IMG/VR virus record: IMGVR_UViG_2547132488_000020
Length of the DNA: 8,977 nt
DNA from: a virus
Lineage: Duplodnaviria; Heunggongvirae; Uroviricota; Caudoviricetes
Strand: one strand, 5' to 3'
Under the pieces are notes generated by a model, which had not been told where the DNA came from, ran no database searches, and saw only the letters and a program-made list of their open reading frames with translations. Position 1 is the stretch's first letter, and every line of letters begins with the position of its first letter. Positions 1-5,727 of the stretch are shown in pieces. The position numbers were made by a program, and so were the translations under genes.

Positions 1-16
1 AAGATGTGTAAATATT

Positions 17-62
17 GATTACGCCGGATTATGCCGGGTTATTTGCAAGTATTCAGGGTTAT
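17..62 (+). promoter_or_regulatory. Phased 10-bp direct-repeat element, copy A, upstream of the structural operon
   Basis: Hexamers GATTAC (17-22), GATTAT (27-32), GGTTAT (37-42), weaker AAGTAT (47-52) and GGTTAT (57-62) recur at exactly 10-bp spacing. Positions 17-42 match 4897-4922 at 23 of 26 bases. Role as a protein-binding site is inferred. Confidence 0.4.
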
Positions 63-177
63 AAGTTACTGATTTTACATTAAAAAGCTCACATTGTGGC
101 TATTGTGTTCGGCCTGGTTACTGTATATCTTTAAGTCATTCCAGACGATTTATTGCACAACAACCGGAGCATTTTTA

Positions 178-1062
178 ATGAACGTTTTATCTCAACTTAT
201 CAACGACGCGTTGAACCACCAGGGCGGCCATGTTCGCACTGATGGCAACGGTGATATTACTCAATTTATCCCTATGGAACCGGCAGCAGTTCGCTACCTG
301 TCCATGAATGACGTGCTGACCCCGAAAGGCGGCAAGCAGACTACCTTCAACGCTGTTCTGGCTGAACGTTCGCTGGTGGCACAGGCAGGCGCTGAAATCA
401 TCCGCATTCCTGGCCCGATGACCACGCAACCGACCGGCCAGACTGGTGCAACGACTGGCCGCGAAGTGGCTGACCGCTTCGTTGTCATCCGCCCTGGTGC
501 GTTCGCCAAAGTGGCTGACGGCGAAGAAATCAGCATGAGCGGCAAGCCGTACATGGTTGCAGCATTCGACCACAACACCGCACCGGCTTACGGCGTTGGC
601 TACACCCTGACCCGCCAGCAACTGAAACACGAATTCGCTGACGATACAGTGCTGGAAGCGGTCAACACCGCCATTGAACGCGGCATTGCCGATCTGGCTG
701 ACTTCGTGCTGCTGAACCACCTGGAAACCGCAGCGGAAACGCTGGCCAGCCCGTCATTCACCGCAGTGGCGCAGAAGATTGCAGCCAAAAACCTGCGCTT
801 TGATGAAGTTAAAGCCATTGTTGGCGGTGATTGCACCGGCCTGGAACTGCAAGACGGCGTTCTGCGCGCCTACGGTGTACGCGCTGAAATCAGCGGCCAG
901 ACTTCCAGCACAATCATTGGCGCTTTCGGCAATGCAGCCGTTGCCCTGGATGATGAAATTCGCGTCACCGCCAGACGCGTGCTGAATGGTGCGGTTGAAG
1001 TGGTGGTTTGGGTGAACGCATCCGCACTGGTGCCTGACTCAACTATGTTCTGGAAGGCTTGA
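178..1062 (+). CDS. Putative virion structural protein, possibly HK97-fold major capsid-like (294 aa); function unverified
   Basis: Long ORF with ATG at 178 preceded by GGAG (166-169) at 8-nt spacing. The 94-177 extension in the ORF track starts at TTG and reads as hydrophobic noise. Gly/Ala/Thr/Val-rich, acidic composition with a C-terminal segment IIGAFGNAAVALDDEIRV that resembles the conserved C-terminal strand of HK97-family capsid proteins (recalled from memory, not searched). First gene of an operon ending in a tape-measure gene. Confidence 0.6.
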   Translation: MNVLSQLINDALNHQGGHVRTDGNGDITQFIPMEPAAVRYLSMNDVLTPKGGKQTTFNAVLAERSLVAQAGAEIIRIPGPMTTQPTGQTGATTGREVADRFVVIRPGAFAKVADGEEISMSGKPYMVAAFDHNTAPAYGVGYTLTRQQLKHEFADDTVLEAVNTAIERGIADLADFVLLNHLETAAETLASPSFTAVAQKIAAKNLRFDEVKAIVGGDCTGLELQDGVLRAYGVRAEISGQTSSTIIGAFGNAAVALDDEIRVTARRVLNGAVEVVVWVNASALVPDSTMFWKA

Positions 1063-1064
1063 TC

Positions 1065-1379
1065 ATGTGGTGGGGCAGCAAAAAAGCGGCAGCGGAGCGC
1101 GCTGCCCTGCCGGGTGAAATCCTGGCAGCTATCGAAGGTGTGGCCATGTATGTGCGCCACGGTGATGAAAACACACCGCGCATCGTAGTGCAGCCGGTTG
1201 GCTGGTCAGGATTCATCTACAGCGATGACGCTGCTGAAAAATGGATTCGCAAGGCTTACCCGGAGATTAAGCAGTACCAGATTGAACGCGCCGTGAATTA
1301 CCTCGCTTCCCTGGTGCGCAGTCACTACCGCGAGCAGCGCCCGAAACAGAAGCGCGAAAGCTGGATGAACAGGTACTAA
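1065..1379 (+). CDS. Hypothetical protein (104 aa)
   Basis: ATG at 1065 with GGAAGG (1053-1058) SD at 6-nt spacing, 2 nt after the upstream stop; stop TAA 1377-1379 lies 3 nt before the next start. No motif recognised. Confidence 0.55.
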   Translation: MWWGSKKAAAERAALPGEILAAIEGVAMYVRHGDENTPRIVVQPVGWSGFIYSDDAAEKWIRKAYPEIKQYQIERAVNYLASLVRSHYREQRPKQKRESWMNRY

Positions 1380-1382
1380 GCC

Positions 1383-1547
1383 ATGAAACGACAAGAAACA
1401 CGCCAGCACGTAACGGTACGCCTCGCCCCTGACCTGGTGCGCCAGGTCGAAAGAGAGCAAGCCAAACTGGAACGCAGAACAGGCATCCGCCCTTCACGCA
1501 GCCAGGTGATTGAAAAGTTTCTGAGTAGCGGGCTGAACGGCAAATAA
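1383..1547 (+). CDS. Ribbon-helix-helix (CopG/Arc/MetJ-like) DNA-binding protein (54 aa)
   Basis: Hand translation gives MKRQETRQHVTVRLAPDLVRQVEREQAKLERRTGIRPSRSQVIEKFLSSGLNGK. The pattern beta-strand VTVRL, helix PDLVRQVEREQAK, Gly turn, helix RSQVIEKFL is the classic RHH layout. AGGT SD 8 nt upstream. Below the ORF-track size cutoff. Confidence 0.6.
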   Translation: MKRQETRQHVTVRLAPDLVRQVEREQAKLERRTGIRPSRSQVIEKFLSSGLNGK

Positions 1548-1761
1548 TGGCCAAGAATACAGGTTTCACCGGTTCCCTGTGCCCAAAATAACCGGCCAAA
1601 TTTAACCTTCATCGTTCCTCAGACGATGGATGCTGGAACCAGGTTGGTGGTCATCCTGGACGGTCAAAACCACCACTAATTCCACACCGGTTGCGCCGCA
1701 CCGGTCACCTAAAAGCGCGCACTCACTTAATCATCAACAACTATTGTTAGCGGCCAATACT

Positions 1762-2079
1762 ATGAAAAACCATGACCTGTACGAATCAATGAAAGAAGAA
1801 GCGCGTTTGATCCTTAGCGAAACAAAGCGTTTCCAAACCATTTCAGAGAAAAACCCAATCAGCTACGAAGCAGCCGACCTGCTGGCCAGCCTTCGCAACC
1901 GTTTAAACGCATTCGAACACATGACCGATGAAGCCGGTCGCGCCATGCGCAACGAAGCGGAAAGCCACGCATCGACCCTGGAACGCAAGAAGTGGCAACC
2001 ATCCAGCCGCATCAGTTCCGGTGAACGGGCCAAGCGCCAGGCAGTGAAGCGCGGCGCTATCCTGGTGCGGAGCGCATAA
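1762..2079 (+). CDS. Hypothetical helical, charged protein (105 aa; alternative start 1630 gives 149 aa)
   Basis: ORF in frame with 1630..2079. The N-terminal extension from 1630 is low-complexity and overlaps the CACCGGT motifs, so 1762 is preferred, but neither start has a good SD. Stop TAA 2077-2079 is 2 nt before the next ATG. Confidence 0.5.
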   Translation: MKNHDLYESMKEEARLILSETKRFQTISEKNPISYEAADLLASLRNRLNAFEHMTDEAGRAMRNEAESHASTLERKKWQPSSRISSGERAKRQAVKRGAILVRSA

Positions 2080-2081
2080 GA

Positions 2082-2291
2082 ATGGCAACCAACAACAACA
2101 TTTATGAAGCCGTTCTGAACGTCATCGGCGTAGCCGACAAGATGACGAAGAACAACGCAAGCCAACTGACCGACGCACAAAAGTTGGCGATCAAGAACCT
2201 TAGCGGCGCGATGAAGTCCTGGAAAGGTATCACGTTTGGGATGCGCGACATCACCGCCAACGACAAACCAACAGAAAGCAAAACCGCATAA
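2082..2291 (+). CDS. Hypothetical small protein (69 aa)
   Basis: ATG 2082 tightly following the upstream stop, with GGAG 2066-2069 upstream. Position just before the tape-measure gene is where tail assembly chaperones usually sit, but no sequence evidence supports that role. Confidence 0.5.
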   Translation: MATNNNIYEAVLNVIGVADKMTKNNASQLTDAQKLAIKNLSGAMKSWKGITFGMRDITANDKPTESKTA

Positions 2292-2300
2292 GGGGGCACC

Positions 2301-2507
2301 ATGCTGGACCGTATTCACACAAAACCGGAAGGAACAAACCCCTGGCCTGAACTGGTGGATATGGTCCTGCCCAAAGTTATGGTTTGCGAAACAGCGGAGG
2401 GAATGCAGGCACAGCGTAAACATCGCACCGAATGCGCCCTGCAACTGGCTGCTGCCGCCCTGCGGGCTGCTGGTGAACACACCCTGGCAGAAAATCTACT
2501 TAATTAA
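2301..2507 (+). CDS. Hypothetical small protein (68 aa)
   Basis: ATG 2301 preceded by a strong AGGGGG SD (2291-2296). Same reading frame as 2082..2291, separated only by TAA plus 9 nt. Confidence 0.5.
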   Translation: MLDRIHTKPEGTNPWPELVDMVLPKVMVCETAEGMQAQRKHRTECALQLAAAALRAAGEHTLAENLLN

Positions 2508-2528
2508 TTCTTTCAGAGACAAATTATT

Positions 2529-4820
2529 ATGGCCAATAAGAAGTTGAACGCCACAATCACCATCGGGGGTGCCGTTTCCGGCAGCCTCCGCGGTGCTTTT
2601 GGTACGGTGGAGAAATCCACCATCAAGATTGGCGCAGCGATTAAGCACATGTCGCGCGAACAGCGCCAGCTTAACGACGCTATGAAGCGTTATGGGCAAA
2701 ACTCCACGATGGTTGACCGCCTGCGCGGTCGTTACGAAAACATCGTAGGCCAGGTGGAACGCCTGCGGGCTGCGCAAGAGCGTTTAAACAGAGTGCAACG
2801 CGCCAGCACGGAAAACCTGGCCAAGCAGGCACAGCTACGCGGGCAGATTATCGATACCGTTATGGCTGGTGCTGCCGTTGCCGCACCTATCAAGATTGCC
2901 GCAGATCGTGAACAGCACGCCATTGGCATTGCCAAACAACTGGACGGCGCACGCGATGCAGCGGGCAACCTGACGGCGAAGTTTTGGGAAATGCGCAAGG
3001 CCGTTGCTGACCTTGGGCACGAAATTCCACTGGCCACAAACGACCTGTTTGACATGGCCACAGCAGGGCTGCGCATGGGCGTAGCTGGCGACCAAATCCT
3101 GGGGTTCACCCGGAACGTGGCCAAACTGGCCAGCGCCTTGGAACTGAACCCGGAAGAAGTCGCAGACAATATGGGCAAAATCCAGAATGTTTATCGACTT
3201 ACTCAAGCTGAGCTTGTGCGCCTTGGTGATGCTATTAATTACCTGGACGACCAAAACACCGTTAAAGGCGGTGAGCTTATCGACTTCCTACAGCGTGTTG
3301 GTGGTTCCGCCTCCCTCGCCAAACTCACTGCCAACGATATGGCAGCAATCGGCACCACGCTGATTTCTATGGGTGAAAGCGCAGACACTGCCGCAACGTC
3401 AGTGAAGGCGCTTGTTTCCAAGATGACGCTGGGCAGCAAATCCACGAAATCTGCGCGCGAAGCGTTCAAGGAATTGGGTTATTCCGCGCAGGAAGTGGCG
3501 AAATCCATGCAACTGGATAGCGTCAAGACCATCGAAAACTTTATGAAGACGGTCAACAAGCTGCCAGATTACAAGAAATCCGGCATCCTGGTGTCCATCT
3601 TCGGGCAGGAACACGTTGGTTCTATCTCCAAACTGGCAGCCAACATGGACAAGTTTGGCGAGGCGTTGCACCAGGCTAATGGCGAAATGTCCAAAGGCAG
3701 TGTGCAGAAGGAATTCCAGAACACCGTCAACACCACCAACGCGCAGATGGTTATCCTGCGTAACCGCACCGCTGACGTGGCTGACAATATCGGCACCGTC
3801 CTGCTGCCGACCGTCAACGACGCAGCCAAAGGCATTGGCCGCATCACAACTGTTGTGGCGAACTTCGCGGCGGAACACCCCGGCCTGACCAAAGCCGTGG
3901 TGGGCACAGCGATGGCGCTCACGTCCCTGCGTGTGGCCACCCTGGCGGCGCAGTTCGGCTTCACGTTCCTGAAAGGTGGCGTGTTGCAGATGTCCAGCCT
4001 GTTTGCCCGCATGAACGCATCTGCCGTTCTGGCCAGCACCCGTGGCCTGCCTGCGGTGGCTACCGGCATTCGTGCCGTTGGTGCGGCGTTCATATCCACT
4101 GGCGTGGGTGCTGCCGTAGCTGGCCTGGCGCTGGCAGGTTATCAGATTTACCGCCATTGGGCCGGTGTGAAGGCTTTTTTTGGTGGCGTTGGTGAAGGCA
4201 TCAAATCCGGGTTGGAACCGCTTAGCGATGCCCTGCATCGCCTGTATGAGCGCATGGGGCCATTGAAGCCCGTCATTGATGGCGTGGGCGCTGCGGTTAA
4301 GACGGTTTTCAACTGGTTCACGTCACTGACCGAACCGGTCAAATACAGCGGCGAGGAACTGGATAAGGCCGGTAAAATGGGGATGACGTTCGGTAAGACC
4401 CTGGCGGCTGGCATCGAGCTTGTGACCGCACCGATCACGTTCCTGATTGATAAGATTCTGTGGGTGTCTGACAACATCGGCAACCTGACCAACAAGGCAC
4501 TGGAGTTTAAAAACGCCGTGTCTGATGTTGCTGGTGGTGCGTGGCAGAAAACCAAAGATTTCTTTAGCAATCCGTTCGGTGAAGACGAAAGCAGCCAGCC
4601 AGCAGCGACCGCCGCCCCTGGTGCGTCCTTGCCTTCACCGGCACTGGCTAACCGCACCGGCAACACAACGGTGAACACGAACGACCAGTACACCATCAAC
4701 GTGAAGGCCGAGCCTGGCATGAATGAAGATGCGCTGGCAAATAAGGTGGCGCAGAAGCTGAAACAGCAGCAAGGAATCCGAAATCGTAGCATGATGAATG
4801 ACGGATTAGCAGCACCGTAA
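2529..4820 (+). CDS. Phage tail tape-measure protein-like (763 aa)
   Basis: Uninterrupted 2292-nt ORF. N-terminal Arg/Gln/Glu/Ala-rich helical region; a core (approx. aa 150-330) reading ATNDLFDMATAGLRMGVAGDQILGFTRNVAKLASALELNPEEVADNMGKI ... IGTTLISMGESADTAATSVKALVSKMTLGS that matches my memory of the TP901-family tape-measure core; a long Gly/Ala-rich hydrophobic segment (approx. aa 450-560). Size and layout are typical of TMPs. Not verified by search. Confidence 0.75.
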   Translation: MANKKLNATITIGGAVSGSLRGAFGTVEKSTIKIGAAIKHMSREQRQLNDAMKRYGQNSTMVDRLRGRYENIVGQVERLRAAQERLNRVQRASTENLAKQAQLRGQIIDTVMAGAAVAAPIKIAADREQHAIGIAKQLDGARDAAGNLTAKFWEMRKAVADLGHEIPLATNDLFDMATAGLRMGVAGDQILGFTRNVAKLASALELNPEEVADNMGKIQNVYRLTQAELVRLGDAINYLDDQNTVKGGELIDFLQRVGGSASLAKLTANDMAAIGTTLISMGESADTAATSVKALVSKMTLGSKSTKSAREAFKELGYSAQEVAKSMQLDSVKTIENFMKTVNKLPDYKKSGILVSIFGQEHVGSISKLAANMDKFGEALHQANGEMSKGSVQKEFQNTVNTTNAQMVILRNRTADVADNIGTVLLPTVNDAAKGIGRITTVVANFAAEHPGLTKAVVGTAMALTSLRVATLAAQFGFTFLKGGVLQMSSLFARMNASAVLASTRGLPAVATGIRAVGAAFISTGVGAAVAGLALAGYQIYRHWAGVKAFFGGVGEGIKSGLEPLSDALHRLYERMGPLKPVIDGVGAAVKTVFNWFTSLTEPVKYSGEELDKAGKMGMTFGKTLAAGIELVTAPITFLIDKILWVSDNIGNLTNKALEFKNAVSDVAGGAWQKTKDFFSNPFGEDESSQPAATAAPGASLPSPALANRTGNTTVNTNDQYTINVKAEPGMNEDALANKVAQKLKQQQGIRNRSMMNDGLAAP

Positions 4821-4845
4821 TGAAATGAAATTGATGACTGCAACC

Positions 4846-4877
4846 AAAGCCTGGGTGAAAACTCTGGCTTTTTTTTA
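4846..4877 (+). terminator. Intrinsic terminator after the tape-measure gene
   Basis: Hairpin 4846-4856 pairing with 4861-4871 (about 11 bp, one mismatch, one GU) around a GAAA tetraloop, followed by T8 (4869-4876). Confidence 0.6.
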
Positions 4878-4896
4878 TGGTTAGCATTTATTAACC

Positions 4897-4922
4897 GATT
4901 ATGCCGGATTATGTGGGGTTAT
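4897..4922 (+). promoter_or_regulatory. Phased 10-bp direct-repeat element, copy B, upstream of the replication operon
   Basis: GATTATGCCGGATTATGTGGGGTTAT; 23 of 26 bases identical to 17-42, with GATTAT, GATTAT, GGTTAT at 10-bp phasing. Confidence 0.4.
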
Positions 4923-4992
4923 GAGTGACATTTACCTTTTTAAATGCCTGAAATTATTTATGAATTTTCGGCCTATATTTTGGCAAAATAGC

Positions 4993-5020
4993 TTGCAGAA
5001 ACCGGATTGCAGGGTATCAT
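4993..5020 (+). promoter_or_regulatory. Candidate sigma70-type promoter for the replication operon
   Basis: TTGCAG (4993-4998), 16-bp spacer, TATCAT (5015-5020); predicted start near 5027. Sequence match only. Confidence 0.35.
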
Positions 5021-5025
5021 TTGAA

Positions 5026-5050
5026 TTGTGGCGCTTGCACACCGCCACAA
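5026..5050. promoter_or_regulatory. Perfect inverted repeat TTGTGGCG-N9-CGCCACAA (operator-like or RNA hairpin)
   Basis: 8-bp perfect arms 5026-5033 and 5043-5050 with a 9-bp spacer, sitting at the predicted start site of the 4993-5020 promoter. Confidence 0.35.
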
Positions 5051-5051
5051 A

Positions 5052-5120
5052 AAGGAAAACCCCCGGACTGCGCGAACAATCCAGGGGGCTTAATGAAAGT
5101 CTAGGTTAGCGGCCTGACTA
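5052..5120 (-). ncRNA. Candidate small antisense RNA (about 65 nt) with its own promoter and intrinsic terminator
   Basis: On the minus strand: TTGCTA (plus 5150-5155), 17-bp spacer, TAGTAT (plus 5127-5132); no ATG in the transcribed stretch; GC-rich hairpin (plus 5060-5066 pairing with 5081-5088, one bulge) followed on the minus strand by UUUUCCUUUUU (plus 5049-5059). Ends are approximate. Confidence 0.3.
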
Positions 5121-5221
5121 GGAAAAATACTAGCAAAGACCTTTACCTTTAGCAAGTTAAACCCCCCTTCATTGAGCCACCGATTTTAGCGCAGCCTCAA
5201 CGAAATATTGAGGAATGCGAA

Positions 5222-5497
5222 ATGAAATTGCACGACCTGGCTGACGCCATCCTGAAAACCAGAACCGTTGAAACTCGCTGTGATGCTGCGTTCAAATTCG
5301 CTGACGCTATGCTGCGCAACGGTTCAAGCATCACCGACACAGCGGAAGCAACCTACCGCATTGTAATGCGCGGGAACAAAGCCTACCGCCTGAACAAAGA
5401 TGACGCCTGGCGCATCACTGCGCACGCCTACGCTGAACAACTGGCGGAACGCGAAGTGGCCACCGTCCTGGCGCAGATTGCCGGGGGTGCGAAATGA
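5222..5497 (+). CDS. Small hypothetical protein, first gene of the replication operon (91 aa)
   Basis: ATG 5222 with GAGGA SD (5210-5214) at 7-nt spacing; stop overlaps the next start as ATGA. Shares the motif [YF]x[LF]N[KR]xDAW and an AGGA[KA] C-terminus with the next ORF. Confidence 0.6.
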   Translation: MKLHDLADAILKTRTVETRCDAAFKFADAMLRNGSSITDTAEATYRIVMRGNKAYRLNKDDAWRITAHAYAEQLAEREVATVLAQIAGGAK

Positions 5498-5727
5498 GCA
5501 TCATCACCCTGCATCGCCTTATGCGCGAACCTGCTACCAGCCAGACGCACGCACAGTGCGTGGCCATCATGCAGGAACTGATTAAGCAGGCCATCCAGTC
5601 TGGCCGCCCGCTGCAATATTCCATCTACCTGGGGCACCTGGCAGAGCACACCCGCTTCCCGTTCAACCGCGTGGACGCCTGGCAAATGGCGCTGGATATG
5701 CAGCGCAAGGCAGGGGGTGCGGCATGA
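5494..5727 (+). CDS. Small hypothetical protein resembling the preceding ORF (77 aa)
   Basis: Start overlaps the upstream stop (ATGA at 5494-5497) and its stop overlaps the primase start (ATGA at 5724-5727). GGGGGTG SD-like sequence sits inside the upstream C-terminus. Confidence 0.6.
   Translation: MSIITLHRLMREPATSQTHAQCVAIMQELIKQAIQSGRPLQYSIYLGHLAEHTRFPFNRVDAWQMALDMQRKAGGAA

Noticed and set aside
94-177. N-terminal extension of the first ORF (track start at 94)
   Set aside because: Position 94 is TTG, not ATG, and the encoded 28 residues (MWLLCSAWLLYIFKSFQTIYCTTTGAFL) are hydrophobic and low-complexity. The ATG at 178 has a GGAG SD, so 94-177 is treated as leader or promoter DNA.
1-177. 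P2/P4-type late promoter with an Ogr/Delta activator site (TGT-N12-ACA)
   Set aside because: Scanning 1-177 and 4880-5221 by eye found no TGT-N12-ACA dyad at a plausible position, and no Cys4 zinc-finger protein is encoded in the window.
1065-2507. Recognisable anti-phage defense system among the small ORFs
   Set aside because: None of the small proteins shows a nuclease, ATPase, TIR, SIR2, reverse transcriptase or other defense hallmark that I can recognise by eye. A defense function cannot be excluded, but it is not supported by anything seen in the sequence.
2236-2547. +1-frame ORF overlapping the two small genes before the tape-measure gene, as a possible frameshift chaperone product
   Set aside because: Its translation is Trp/Cys/Pro-rich and non-protein-like, and I found no slippery heptamer at the overlap. 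Tail chaperone frameshifts are normally -1, not +1.
187-4843. Minus-strand ORFs overlapping the structural operon (187..720, 294..578, 600..836, 870..1160, 1863..2480, 2732..3178, 2835..3254, 3399..4238, 3569..4099, 4148..4843)
   Set aside because: All lie antisense inside long + strand ORFs, have Arg/Cys/His/Trp/Ser-rich compositions typical of antisense frames of GC-rich coding DNA, and lack SD sequences or operon context.
4921-5109. 62-aa + strand ORF in the intergenic regulatory region
   Set aside because: No SD, overlaps the promoter, palindrome and candidate antisense RNA, and has a junk-like sequence. Regulatory DNA is the more economical explanation.
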